Part shown: positions 39,914 to 49,813 of the stretch, one piece after another
Layout of the letters: each line of letters starts with the position of its first letter
Position numbering within the stretch: the stretch's first letter is position 1
From: an uncultured Acidobacteriota bacterium
GTDB lineage: Bacteria; Acidobacteriota; Thermoanaerobaculia; Multivoradales; UBA5704
Assembly: GCA_963770895.1 (NCBI GenBank)
Contig: CAVYRF010000002.1
Coordinates: 1,568,001 to 1,632,000 of the forward strand
DNA: 64,000 nucleotides
Reading direction: 5' to 3'
Position numbers and translations under genes: made by a program
Notes under the pieces: model-generated
Told to the model about the DNA's origin: nothing
Database searches by the model: none
The model's input: only the letters and a program-made list of their open reading frames with translations

Positions 39914-42900
39914 ATGCCGCTGCCGCGTGAGCTGACCGACGGCTATCGACTCGAAAGGATCCTCGCCTCCAGCCGGTGCGCGAGCGTCCTGGGCGGCCAC
40001 GAGCTGGCGACGGGGCGCCCCGTCGTCATCAAGCTCATCAACGTCCCGTCGGCGGCCAGCGCCGCGGCCGCCGAAAGCGCCGCCACACGCTTTGTCGCCT
40101 ACGCCGAGGCGCTGGCGCGGCTGCGCCACCCCAACCTGCCGGTGATCCTGGACTCCGGGCTGACGCCGGACGGCGGCGCGTTCCTGGTCATGGAGCCGCT
40201 CAGCGGGTTCAGCTTCGACACCCTGGCCCGCCGCGGCGATGCCGGCGGCGGTGCCGGAGGCGGTGACGACGCCCTGGCGCTGCTGCCCGACCTTTCCGAC
40301 ACCGGCAGCTCGTCCGAGGCCGCTCCCGAGCGCACCCTGCCGCTGCTCGACCAGGCCGCCGCCGGGCTCGCCGAGCTTGCCGGCAACGGTCTTGCCCACT
40401 TCAACGTCAGCCCCGGCAACCTGTTCGTGGCGGAGACGCCGCAGGGGAGCCAGATCAAGCTTCTCGGTCTCGGCACGCCGCTGTTCTATCTCGGCCGCGC
40501 GTGGCTCGACGCGGAAACCGGGCGCTACCGCGCCCCGGAGCTTGCCAAGCCGGCGGCGGCGATGGCCCTGTCGCCGGCGGCGGCCGGCACCGGCTTTGCG
40601 CTGGCGGATTGGCACGCCGACTGTTTTTCGCTGGCTCTCACGGTCTGCAACGCCCTGGGCGCCACCGTCGCCTTCGGCGACCCCTCGGGCCCGATCGTCC
40701 AGATGCCGCTCGCGCTCAGCTTCGAGCTCGCCAACGACGAAGCGCTGCGGCGCATCCTGGAGCTCTGCCTGCGCCCGCTGCCACCCCAGCGGCCGGCGCA
40801 CGCCGCGATCCGCGACGCGTTTCGCCTGGCCCTCGGCAGAGAGACCGGCGCCACCGCACCGCCGCCCACCCAGGCTGCCCGGGCGCCCGCGCCACCGCCC
40901 GCCCAAACACGCCAGCCGCCGGCAGCGCCGGCAGCCCAGCCGGCACCGCCGCGGCCGGCGGCTCAGCCGCCGCAAGCAGCTCCGGGTTCGCCGCCGGCCG
41001 CCGCCGCAATGCCTGCGGCCGCGACACCAGCTATCGGCGCGCCCAACGCCAACCTTGCCGCCGCCGCGGCTGTCGCGGCCGCCGCGGCCGCAGGCGAGCC
41101 GCTGGATTGGCGCGCCGCGCTCAGCCGCTCGCAGGCGCCGGCGGCCCAGGGTCCCGCGTGGCTCCCGGAAGACGCCCCGCCGCCGCCGCCGGCACCGGGC
41201 CGGATCACCGGCGCCCTGGCCATCCCGCCGCCGGCGCCACGCCCCGGCACGGCAGCCACGCCCACCCTGGGGGCCGCCCCCGCACCACCTGCCGCGCGCT
41301 CCGGCACAGGAGCCATGCCCATCCCGGACGCCCTCCCTGCGTCACCGGTAGCGCGCTCCGGCACCGGAGCCATGCCCATCCCGGACACCCTGCCGGCACC
41401 ACGGTCCACGTATCCTGGCACGGGAGCCCTGCCGAGCCAGGACGTCGCTCCAGCGCCGCGGTCCGCGCATGCTGGCACCGGAGCCCTGCCGATCCCAGAC
41501 GTCTCTCCTGCGCCGGCGGCGGTGCGTCCCGGGACCGGAGCCTTGCCAATTCCCAACGCCGCCCCGCCGGCGACACGCCCTGGCTCGGGAACGTCGCCCC
41601 TTCGGGACACCACCCCGCCGGTGCCGGCCGCGGCCCAACCGGATTGGGGCCTGGCGGCGGGCGACGACGACCCGCTGTTCCTGGACGGCTTCCATGTGCC
41701 GGCGACCCTGCCGTCCATCCCTGACTCGCCAGACGGCGCCTCTATCGATCTGCTGTCGCCGGCGCCGCCGGCCGGCTCGGGAGGCTCGCTGTCGGCGCAG
41801 CAGATGGCCGCCGAGCTTGGCATCGACTTGGGCGGTGCGAAGGACGGCCCAGGCCAGGCCGCGGCACCCGCCGCCGCCTCGGCCTGGGATGCAGCCCTGC
41901 CAGGCTTGGCGTCCGCCGCTTTGCCCGCGGCAGCCGCGGCAGGCGCAGCAGGCCGCACCAGCCTGCCGGTTCCGTCCGCCATGCCCGCCGCGGCCATCCC
42001 GCCGGCGACGGGTCGCAGTGCACCAGCCGCCGGCGCCAAGGCCAACCCGGCACCCGCCGCCATGCCCGCCGGCAGCGCCAAGCCCGCTGGCAGCCCCGGC
42101 ACCGGCGCCACCGCCGCCGCCGCCGCTGCACCGGCGCCCGCCGGCGGTCCGGCCGCAACCCCGGCACCGGCCGGCGGCGACGCGCTGTCGGCGGTGGACG
42201 ATCTGCTCGATTCGCTGCCGCCGCCTCCTCCGGCTGCCGCGCCCGCTCCGGCCGCGACACGCGGTGCTCGCAGCGCCGGGGCGATCAGCGGTTCCATGCC
42301 GGTGCTGGCCGCGGGACAGCGCGGCGGCCGCGCTGCCGCCGCCCCCCCGGCGGGCGGCCCGGCGGCGCTGGCGATGCTGCGCGAGCTGCCCAAGGCGGTG
42401 CAGCTGGGGGGCGCCGCCGCGGTGGTGCTGATCCTTGCGGTCGCGGCCTGGGCGGTGTTCAGCCATCGCTCGCACGCCGCCGCGGGCTCGCGGCAGGACA
42501 CCGCCGCAGACGGCACCGCCCTTGGCGCCGCGGCGGCGCCGGTGCGGCTGGGGCCGACGCCGGCCGCCAAGCTGGCGGAGGCCAGCAGCTACCAGATCAT
42601 GGGCAGGGACTACGACGCCAAGGTGCGCCAGGGCCTGCACGAGCTGACGTTTGCCGATCAGGGCGAGCTGGGCGGCGAGGGCTGCCGGCAGCTGGCCGCG
42701 ATCGAACAGACCCTGGCCGCCGACGCCCTGGAACGGGTGCCGCAGGACCTTGCCTCCGGCCTGCACAACGGCGACCTCGGCACGCTGCAGACGGTGGTGG
42801 AGGTGGCCGGACCGCACGACGTGCCGCCGAACCAGGCGGGCGACTTCGAAAAGGCCAGGAACCTGGTGCAGCTCTACGAGGCGGCCCAGGCGGCAAACGG

Positions 42901-43642
42901 GCGCGGCGACTACGGCGAGGTGCTGGATCGCTTCCACGCCATGGAAGGCCTGTCGCGCACGCTGCACGATCCGCTGGGATTGCGCGACAAGGCGGCGACG
43001 GCCGTCGAGGCCGCGGCCGCCGCGTTGGCCCGCGACGGCAAGTACGACCAGGCGGTGGGACAGCTCGAACCGGTGCGCCGCTCCTGGCCCGAGCGCGGCG
43101 GCGTCAAGGAGCTGGTCAAGACCTATGAGTCGGCCGGGGCCAGCGAGCAGCAGCAGCAGGCGATCCTGGACAGCGTGCCGAGCTTCGAGCGCCGCCGCAA
43201 GCCCAGCGAGGGGCTGGATCTGCTGCGCCCCCTCAAGCCGACGCCGCACCTCGAGGCGCGCGTCAACCAGGCCCGGCAGGAGCTGGAAGCGCAGCTCGCG
43301 CAGCTGGACGCGCAGCCGCCGGCGGTGGCGCTGCGCGACGGCTACCTGCTCGACTATTCACGCGGCCAGGTGGTGACGCTCAGCTTCCGCGTCACCGACG
43401 ACTACGAGGTGCGCAGCGTCAAGCTGTACGCCCGCCCGCAGGGAGGGGCGATGCGTGAGCTGCCGCTGCAAAAGGACGGCCTGGGCTACAGCGTCGACAT
43501 CCCGCCCAGCTTCCACGAGAACAACACCGTCGAGTTCTACGTCGTGGCGACCGACCTGTCCGGCCACCAGGGCATGCTGGGCTCGAAGGAAAAGCCGCTG
43601 CAGCTCAAACGCCGCCAGGGCTTCGAGCGCTTGCTGCAGTAG
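39914..43642 (+). CDS. Membrane-spanning Ser/Thr kinase-like protein (pseudokinase) with long Pro/Ala linker and helical/Ig-like C-terminal region
   Basis: ATG after AGGAGGGA; YRLERIL, VVIK, LRHPNL, FLVME, YRAPE retained; catalytic loop reads HFNVSPGN and DFG reads GLG; single TM at about 42405-42460. Confidence 0.8.
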   Translation: MPLPRELTDGYRLERILASSRCASVLGGHELATGRPVVIKLINVPSAASAAAAESAATRFVAYAEALARLRHPNLPVILDSGLTPDGGAFLVMEPLSGFSFDTLARRGDAGGGAGGGDDALALLPDLSDTGSSSEAAPERTLPLLDQAAAGLAELAGNGLAHFNVSPGNLFVAETPQGSQIKLLGLGTPLFYLGRAWLDAETGRYRAPELAKPAAAMALSPAAAGTGFALADWHADCFSLALTVCNALGATVAFGDPSGPIVQMPLALSFELANDEALRRILELCLRPLPPQRPAHAAIRDAFRLALGRETGATAPPPTQAARAPAPPPAQTRQPPAAPAAQPAPPRPAAQPPQAAPGSPPAAAAMPAAATPAIGAPNANLAAAAAVAAAAAAGEPLDWRAALSRSQAPAAQGPAWLPEDAPPPPPAPGRITGALAIPPPAPRPGTAATPTLGAAPAPPAARSGTGAMPIPDALPASPVARSGTGAMPIPDTLPAPRSTYPGTGALPSQDVAPAPRSAHAGTGALPIPDVSPAPAAVRPGTGALPIPNAAPPATRPGSGTSPLRDTTPPVPAAAQPDWGLAAGDDDPLFLDGFHVPATLPSIPDSPDGASIDLLSPAPPAGSGGSLSAQQMAAELGIDLGGAKDGPGQAAAPAAASAWDAALPGLASAALPAAAAAGAAGRTSLPVPSAMPAAAIPPATGRSAPAAGAKANPAPAAMPAGSAKPAGSPGTGATAAAAAAPAPAGGPAATPAPAGGDALSAVDDLLDSLPPPPPAAAPAPAATRGARSAGAISGSMPVLAAGQRGGRAAAAPPAGGPAALAMLRELPKAVQLGGAAAVVLILAVAAWAVFSHRSHAAAGSRQDTAADGTALGAAAAPVRLGPTPAAKLAEASSYQIMGRDYDAKVRQGLHELTFADQGELGGEGCRQLAAIEQTLAADALERVPQDLASGLHNGDLGTLQTVVEVAGPHDVPPNQAGDFEKARNLVQLYEAAQAANGRGDYGEVLDRFHAMEGLSRTLHDPLGLRDKAATAVEAAAAALARDGKYDQAVGQLEPVRRSWPERGGVKELVKTYESAGASEQQQQAILDSVPSFERRRKPSEGLDLLRPLKPTPHLEARVNQARQELEAQLAQLDAQPPAVALRDGYLLDYSRGQVVTLSFRVTDDYEVRSVKLYARPQGGAMRELPLQKDGLGYSVDIPPSFHENNTVEFYVVATDLSGHQGMLGSKEKPLQLKRRQGFERLLQ
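41294..41600 (+). repeat. In-frame 57-bp (19-aa) degenerate tandem repeat, GTGA[ML]PIP[DN] x5 plus a partial copy
   Basis: ARSGTGAMPIPDALPASPV / ARSGTGAMPIPDTLPAPRS / TYPGTGALPSQDVAPAPRS / AHAGTGALPIPDVSPAPAA / VRPGTGALPIPNAAPP. Confidence 0.85.
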
Positions 43643-43718
43643 CCGCGGGCCGCTCCGGCGGCCAGCGCGATCTGCCCGCCGGAGCCAGGTCCCGCCCGGC
43701 AGGTAGCCCGCCTGGCGC

Positions 43719-45704
43719 CTAGCCGTCCGCCGGGAACAGCGGCAGGCGCGCCGCCGCCGCGTCGCCGCGGGCCTTGGGCGGCGGCGCGGCCTCCTCGACT
43801 TGCTGCTCGCCCGGATTGCGGAACAGGTTGGATTCCAGGTCGTACTGCCGCGTGTACAAGCCGTGATACATGCCGCCCAGCGCCAGCAGATCCTGGTGGC
43901 GCCCGCGCTCGACGATCTGGCCGTGATCCAGCACCAGGATCGTGTCGGCGCGGCGGATGGTGGACAGGCGGTGGGCGATGACGAACGAGGTGCGGCCCTG
44001 CATCAGCTTGGCCAGCCCCTCCTGGATCAGCGCCTCGCTTTCGCTGTCGAGCGACGAGGTCGCTTCGTCCAGGATCAGGATGCGCGGATCGGCCAGGATC
44101 GCCCTGGCGATCGCCACCCGCTGGCGCTCACCGCCCGACAGCTTGACGCCGCGTTCGCCGACGATCGTGTCGTAGCCGTTGGGCAGGCGGCGCACGAACT
44201 CGTCGCAGTGGGCGATTTCGGCGGCGCGCTCGATGTCGGCGCGCCGGGCATCTGGCGAGGCATAGGCGATGTTTTCCAGCACCGTGCCGTCAAACAGAAA
44301 GTTGTCCTGGAACACCACCCCCAGCTGGGAGCGATAGTCGTACAACCGCAGGTTCGATAGGTCGCGCCCATCGATCAGGATCTCGCCTTGCGTCGGCCGG
44401 TGGAACGCCGCCACCAGGCCGATCAAGGTGCTCTTGCCCGATCCCGACGGCCCCACCAGCGCGGTCGAGGTGCCGGGCTCGGCGCGAAAGGAGATCCCAT
44501 GCAGCACGGGTACTCCCTGCTGGTAGGCGAAATGGACGTCGCGGAACTCGACGGTTCCCAGCACCCGATCGACGGGCAGGCGGGCGGCGTCGCCGGCGTC
44601 TTCCTTGGGCTCGTTGCGGATCTCGCGGATGCGCTCCAGACCGGCGAAAGCCTCGGTGATCTGGCTGCCGATGTTGACGATCTGCACCACCGGCCCGACC
44701 ATCAGGCCGAGGTAGAGGATGAACGAGAAGAAGGTGCCGGGGCTCATCCTTCCCAGCAGGACGTCGCGGCCGCCGACCACCATCAGGACGATGGTCATGC
44801 CCCCCACCAGTACCGTCGAGGTGGCCGCCACCGTCGACAGGCCGGTCATCGTGCCGGCGACGTTGCGGAACAGGCGATGGACCGCCTTGGTAAAGACCAG
44901 CGCCTCGCGCCCCTCGGCGCTATACGCCTTCACCACCCGCACGCCGGAAAAGGTTTCGCCCAGCCGGCCCGACAGGTCGGCGTTGATCTTGGACCGCTCG
45001 CGAAACAGCGGCCGCAAGGTCTTGAAGGCATACAGCATGACGAAGCCGAACAGCGACAGGACGGCCAGCGCGATCCACGTCAGCTTGGCGTTGTAGTAGA
45101 ACAGGATGACCAGGACCAGCACCGCCGTGATCGCGCCGCCGGCCGCATCCACCAGGCCGGTCCCCACCAGGTTGCGCAACCCTTCGGCGTCGTTCATCAC
45201 CCGCGACAGCAGGGCGCCGGTCTTGGTCTGTTCGAAATACGCCACCGAAAGCTTGCCGACGTGGCGCTGCACCCGGCGGCGCATCTCGGTGATCGAACGC
45301 TGGGCGGCGATGCCGAGCAGCTGCGACAGCGAAAAGGCGGTGATCGCCTGCAGCACGGTGGCGGCGCCGGCGATGAGCACCAGCAGATCCAGGCGTTGGA
45401 GGCGATCGGCCAGCAGGATGTCCTTCTTGAGGAAGACATAATCCATCAGGTTCTTGCTGATACCCGGCAGCACCAGTCCCGCGGCGCGGTTGACCGCCAT
45501 CAGGCCGCAGCCGGCGATCAAGCGCCCGCGACGCGCGCGGATCAGCTCCAGCGCGTCGCCCATGACGGTGCGTAACTTGATGGGTGCCTTACGCTTCGCG
45601 CGATCGGCTTCCTCGGCCGGGATGGGGCGCGGCCGCGAGGAAACCGGACCGCCGAACAAGCCGGTGCGCGCCGTACGCGGCGACGTGGTATCGAGATTCG
45701 CCAT
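43719..45704 (-). CDS. ABC exporter, fused permease/ATPase (MsbA/MdlB-like)
   Basis: Six-TM domain; GPSGSGKST, LSGGERQR, ILILDEATS, IAHRLSTI. Confidence 0.93.
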   Translation of the reverse strand: MANLDTTSPRTARTGLFGGPVSSRPRPIPAEEADRAKRKAPIKLRTVMGDALELIRARRGRLIAGCGLMAVNRAAGLVLPGISKNLMDYVFLKKDILLADRLQRLDLLVLIAGAATVLQAITAFSLSQLLGIAAQRSITEMRRRVQRHVGKLSVAYFEQTKTGALLSRVMNDAEGLRNLVGTGLVDAAGGAITAVLVLVILFYYNAKLTWIALAVLSLFGFVMLYAFKTLRPLFRERSKINADLSGRLGETFSGVRVVKAYSAEGREALVFTKAVHRLFRNVAGTMTGLSTVAATSTVLVGGMTIVLMVVGGRDVLLGRMSPGTFFSFILYLGLMVGPVVQIVNIGSQITEAFAGLERIREIRNEPKEDAGDAARLPVDRVLGTVEFRDVHFAYQQGVPVLHGISFRAEPGTSTALVGPSGSGKSTLIGLVAAFHRPTQGEILIDGRDLSNLRLYDYRSQLGVVFQDNFLFDGTVLENIAYASPDARRADIERAAEIAHCDEFVRRLPNGYDTIVGERGVKLSGGERQRVAIARAILADPRILILDEATSSLDSESEALIQEGLAKLMQGRTSFVIAHRLSTIRRADTILVLDHGQIVERGRHQDLLALGGMYHGLYTRQYDLESNLFRNPGEQQVEEAAPPPKARGDAAAARLPLFPADG

Positions 45705-45897
45705 AGAGCCTTTCAAAGCGGCGGCGGCCGCCGCAAACACAGCGGGCAGCATCCTGGGTCGAGCCGGAACGGATGGAAACAGGAGGCGAAGCCCTATGGC
45801 CTAACAGTGCCAGCCAGGCAAATATTCGGGTCTGGCGGCCTGGCCGGGAGCGCCCGATAACTCACCGGCCTATGCCGGGAACGTCTGACCCGGCTTT

Positions 45898-47079
45898 CTA
45901 GCGGCGGGTTTTGAGCTCCAGCGGCTGGTCCAGCTTCAGCTTGACGACGGAGCCTTCGGGGATGACGACCTCTTCGCCGGCGGTCTTGGACGCGATCACC
46001 GTGCCCACCGCGGCGCCGAACAGCGCGCCGAGGATCGTGCCGCCTCGGCTCTGACCGAGGAGCCTGCCGAGCAGGGCACCGCCGGCGGCGCCGCCGCCGA
46101 TGGTCGCGGCGTCGCGTCCGGCCTTCCCCTTGCCCTCCTCAAGAAAGGAGGCCTGAATCGGCACCGTCGCGCCGGAAGGCAGGATCAGGTCGGTGAACTT
46201 GAGGCTGAGGCGCGCCTTGCCGCCGATACGCCGGGCCCCCACCGCATCGGTGACCACACCCAGGATCTCGGAGCCGGCGGGGATCGCCACACCGTCGTCC
46301 AGCCGCACGTCGGCGAGCAGGCGGGTGCGGAAGGTATCGCCGCTGGAGCTGGTGTTGCTGGCCAGGCTCTTGGTGAACTCGACTTCAAAGCGGGTGCCCG
46401 CCGGCACGGTCGCCGGCACCTGCGCGCGGTCGTCCGCCCCCGCCCCCGCCGCCAACGCGGGCGACGGCGCGGCCTCCTGGCTATCTGCCGGCTGCGCTCC
46501 GGCAGTGCCGGCGCCCGCCCCTGTCACCAGCGCGGGCGCCGCGGCAGCGCCCGGCACACCGGTTCCGCCATCCGCCTGCGGACCGAACGGAGCGGCGGCA
46601 CCGCCGCCCGCGGCCTGCTGGTCGGGGGTGGCGGGCAGGGCAGCGCCCCCGCCCGCGCTGGTGGCGGCGGCGGGGGCGGGCGAGGGGGCGCCCGCGGGCG
46701 CGCCAGCCGCCTGCGGCCGGCGCCGCAGTTTCTGTTCGCGCGCTTCGAGCGCCGCCTGGCGGGCCTCCAGCCGGCGTTCCCGCGCTTCCAGGTCGCGCTC
46801 GCGGTCGGTTTCGGTCGCCGGCGCCGGCGGCGGGTTGCCGATCGTCACGCTTTGGGGCCGCGGTTGCAGCTCACTGGTGGGCGGTGGCAGCGCCCCCGCC
46901 ACCGGCGCCGGCGAGCCCGCGACGGGGACGCTGATTGGGGCGCTCAGGCCAGCCGTCTGCTCCGGTGCCGCGGCGTGAGAATTGCCGGCCCCTGCGGGCT
47001 GATCCTGGCGGCCGCAGGCGATCAGCGCCACGCAGCAAAGGGCAAACGCACAATGACCAGAAGGTCTGGATGTGAACAT
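45898..47079 (-). CDS. Putative lipoprotein with TrbI-like beta domain and glycine zipper
   Basis: Lipobox LIAC; coiled coil; TVPAGT.F.V.....L.S....SGD.F, IPAGS...G.V; IGGGAAGGALLG...GAAVGT. Confidence 0.65.
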   Translation of the reverse strand: MFTSRPSGHCAFALCCVALIACGRQDQPAGAGNSHAAAPEQTAGLSAPISVPVAGSPAPVAGALPPPTSELQPRPQSVTIGNPPPAPATETDRERDLEARERRLEARQAALEAREQKLRRRPQAAGAPAGAPSPAPAAATSAGGGAALPATPDQQAAGGGAAAPFGPQADGGTGVPGAAAAPALVTGAGAGTAGAQPADSQEAAPSPALAAGAGADDRAQVPATVPAGTRFEVEFTKSLASNTSSSGDTFRTRLLADVRLDDGVAIPAGSEILGVVTDAVGARRIGGKARLSLKFTDLILPSGATVPIQASFLEEGKGKAGRDAATIGGGAAGGALLGRLLGQSRGGTILGALFGAAVGTVIASKTAGEEVVIPEGSVVKLKLDQPLELKTRR

Positions 47080-47263
47080 GATCGATGCCTCCGGCGTCCG
47101 GGCGCGCTGGGGAAAGGCGGTGCAAGCGAGGTGCCGAACCGTGGCCGCGGCCAGGCTGGGGGGATTGTGCCGGACCAGGCCGCCCCCAGGCCGCTGGCCG
47201 ATGCCTGCCCCGCGGGGTGGGAGTGTCCCCTTTGCGGGGCGGGCGTGCCGCCCCGATAGGACG

Positions 47264-47917
47264 TCAGCGGCGGCGCGAAGGGTCGAAGCGGATGACTCCG
47301 CCTGGCTGGTTGCGCGCCCGGTCTTTGGCGGGCGGCGGTGCCGCGGCCGGACCCGGCGGATCGCTGGGCGGGTCCGCGGCGGTCGTCGCCGGCGCGGCAG
47401 CCGCGGGGGCGGCGAGCGGTGCGACCACCAGGCCGGGCCTTGCCGCCTTGCCTGGCTGGGCATCGCCGCCTCCGGTGGGAGGGGCGGCGGCGGCGGCACC
47501 CTGGCCGTCCTCGACCTCCTGCGGGTTCTGCGGGCGAAGGGGGGGCGCGGATTGGAGAGGCGAGCGCGGCTGGAAACGCCAGGCGAATTCGGCGGAAGGA
47601 TCGGCGAACGTGGTGAGCGCCGCAAACGGGATGGACAGGCGGTGGCGGCTGCCGCTGAAGCTCAGCTCCACCGAAAAGGAGTCGGGCTGCACGTCCAGGT
47701 CCCAGTACTGGTATTGCAACCTGATCGTCATCTCGTTCGGGTAGAGATCGCGCAGCAGCGAGGGCATCGCCACTCCCGGATGACCGGTGAGGAAGCCGAT
47801 GTAGAAGTAGTGCTCACCCGGCAGGCCATGCTCCGCCACCTCGGCCAGAAGCCGGCGCACCGCGTCGCGCAATGCGTCCTCCACAAACCTCTGATAATCG
47901 ATGCCGTCGCTGCTCAA
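47264..47917 (-). CDS. sspB: ClpXP adaptor SspB (alphaproteobacterial type)
   Basis: IDY...V..ALR..VR..L..VA..GLPGEHYFYI.F.T..PGV, YP.EMTI.LQ.Q.WDL, FADPS..F; tail GVIRFDPSRRR; TTG start after GGAG. Confidence 0.85.
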   Translation of the reverse strand: MSSDGIDYQRFVEDALRDAVRRLLAEVAEHGLPGEHYFYIGFLTGHPGVAMPSLLRDLYPNEMTIRLQYQYWDLDVQPDSFSVELSFSGSRHRLSIPFAALTTFADPSAEFAWRFQPRSPLQSAPPLRPQNPQEVEDGQGAAAAAPPTGGGDAQPGKAARPGLVVAPLAAPAAAAPATTAADPPSDPPGPAAAPPPAKDRARNQPGGVIRFDPSRRR

Positions 47918-47999
47918 TGGCGGCTCCAGGCGATAGACGTCAATCCCCCCCGAGCTTGCGGCGCGCCGCGGCATTTGTCAACTGTGCGGCGTTCCGGCG

Positions 48000-48401
48000 T
48001 CAGGGAGGGTCGAAGGTGCCGCGCGGCGTCCAGGGGCCGCAGCGGGCGATGCGCCACACCGCCCGCAGGCTGCCGAAGAGCGCGCCGTAGCGGACGATCG
48101 CCCCCTCCGCGTAGTGGCTGCACGTCGGCGTGAAGCGGCATTGGATGCCGAGCCCCGGCATGCGCGGCGACAGCGTCGCCTGGTACAGGTGGATGCCGCC
48201 GAGCAGCAGGCGGGCGGTGACCTGGTGGGCGGGGGGACGAACCAGGTCCAGCACGACCAGCGCCAGCAGCACCGCGGCCACCGCCCGCAGGGCAACCCGC
48301 GCCCGCGGGCCGAGCGGGGTGGCGGCGGAGCCGGCGGACGCGGAGGTGGAGATGGCGGACGCCTCCGCCAGACCTGGGACGGGGTGCAGGCGATCCGTCA
48401 C
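48000..48401 (-). CDS. yidD: Membrane protein insertion efficiency factor YidD-like
   Basis: YQ..LSP, CRFTPTCSHY...AI.RYG...G......RI.RCGPW...G.FDPP; GTGA overlap with the upstream gene. Confidence 0.88.
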   Translation of the reverse strand: MTDRLHPVPGLAEASAISTSASAGSAATPLGPRARVALRAVAAVLLALVVLDLVRPPAHQVTARLLLGGIHLYQATLSPRMPGLGIQCRFTPTCSHYAEGAIVRYGALFGSLRAVWRIARCGPWTPRGTFDPP

Positions 48402-48811
48402 CAGGGCAGTGTACCCGTCGCCAGGCGGCCGAGCCAGACCGTGACCAGCAGCGCCGCGTTGCCCATCGCGATCGCGTCGAGCCGGGCAAGGATCTGGCCC
48501 GGACGGCGGGAACCGCGCAGCGCCGCGCCCCACGCGATCCAGGCCGCCCCCAGCTCGGCGGCGATCAACGGCGCCAGGGGGTGGTCGCGAAGCGCCGCCA
48601 GCCACTCGCCCTTGGCGAGGTGGGCAAAGGCGCGAGTCAGGCCGCATCCCGGACAAGGGATTCCGGTCAGGCGGCGCAGCAGGCAGACGCTGGTGCGGAT
48701 ATCCGACGACGGCACCCACAGGTGCAGGATCGCAAACGCCGCGATCCCCAGGGCGCCGGCGAGCACCCACCCCTTCAGGTTGTGCAGCTCGCCGGCGCGC
48801 GACGGATTCAA
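48398..48811 (-). CDS. DUF2752 domain membrane protein
   Basis: C..R.LTGIPCPGCGLTRA...L..G....A...HPL; TTGA overlap with the upstream gene. Confidence 0.88.
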   Translation of the reverse strand: MNPSRAGELHNLKGWVLAGALGIAAFAILHLWVPSSDIRTSVCLLRRLTGIPCPGCGLTRAFAHLAKGEWLAALRDHPLAPLIAAELGAAWIAWGAALRGSRRPGQILARLDAIAMGNAALLVTVWLGRLATGTLPW

Positions 48812-49143
48812 CGGTTCATCATCCCCTGCAGCACGGCCATGCCGCCCATGGCGAAGATCCAGACGATGGAGAGCAGCAACAGCACGCTGCCGACGATGCC
48901 CAGCACCCTGCCGACGTTGGCCAGGGTCGCGCCCTCGATCGGCGAGACGCCGGCGCGGATCGCCTTGGTTTCGTTGGTCCCCAGGTACCAGGCGATCGGC
49001 GCCAGCAGACCGCAGCAGGTGATGCCCAGGATGCCGCAGACCAGCGCCGCGATGGCCTGGTTGCCGGCGCGGCCCGGCGCCGATGCAGGAGGCAGCGTGG
49101 GGGGTGGGGGAGGTGGAGGAAAGGACCCGACCGGTTCGCTCAT
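48808..49143 (-). CDS. DUF4190 domain membrane protein
   Basis: Pro-rich N-terminus; AIAALVCGILG....AW.LG......I.......G..LA..G.VLGI. Confidence 0.8.
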   Translation of the reverse strand: MSEPVGSFPPPPPPPTLPPASAPGRAGNQAIAALVCGILGITCCGLLAPIAWYLGTNETKAIRAGVSPIEGATLANVGRVLGIVGSVLLLLSIVWIFAMGGMAVLQGMMNR

Positions 49144-49257
49144 GGACGCTCCTGGAATGCAATGGCTCCGATGGTTGGCGGGCGACGCCGCGGGGCCCGC
49201 CCGGGGGCGCCGCGCGACCGGCGCGCGACGGCCGCGGGCGCCCCTGCGGAGCTGTGA

Positions 49258-49680
49258 TCAGATGTTGATCTGGCTGGCGTATTGGCTGACAACCGGAATG
49301 ATGAAGCGTTCGCCCTTCACCCCCTTGAGGATGCAGATAATGCGAACGACCAGGAAGCCGAGGCCGATCAGCGGACCGAGCAAGCCCAGGAAACAGCCGA
49401 TGATGCCGAGGTGGATCATTGCCAGGATGAAGTGGACCGCGCCGAAGGCGATCCAGATGACGACTTCGGCGGCCAGCAGCATCAGGCCGTTCTTGGCGTG
49501 CCACTGCACTTCGGCGTCCTGCTTCTCGACGAGCAGCGGCACCAGGGCCAGAAGCCACAGATACGAAAGGACGATCATGATCCCGCGGTTGGGGCTGACA
49601 GCGCCCGACACGGGGCCGCTCGGCGGCGGCGGCGGCGGCGCGTTATATGGCGACGGCGGCGGGACTGTAGGGTCACTCAT
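49258..49680 (-). CDS. DUF4870 (Tic20-like) membrane protein
   Basis: Pro-rich N-terminus; LSYL..LALVPLL..K.D..V.WHA..GL and G..F.IP motifs. Confidence 0.8.
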   Translation of the reverse strand: MSDPTVPPPSPYNAPPPPPPSGPVSGAVSPNRGIMIVLSYLWLLALVPLLVEKQDAEVQWHAKNGLMLLAAEVVIWIAFGAVHFILAMIHLGIIGCFLGLLGPLIGLGFLVVRIICILKGVKGERFIIPVVSQYASQINI

Positions 49681-49813
49681 CGCACAGCTCTCCTTTCGAA
49701 ATTACCTTCTACGCAAGCAGGGGGACGTACCCACCGCAGTCTATACAAGGCCAGGGCGGCCGACAAGGATACCCTCTCCTGCCGCGCGTCGTCATGCCGC
49801 ACCGCCCTGCGTT

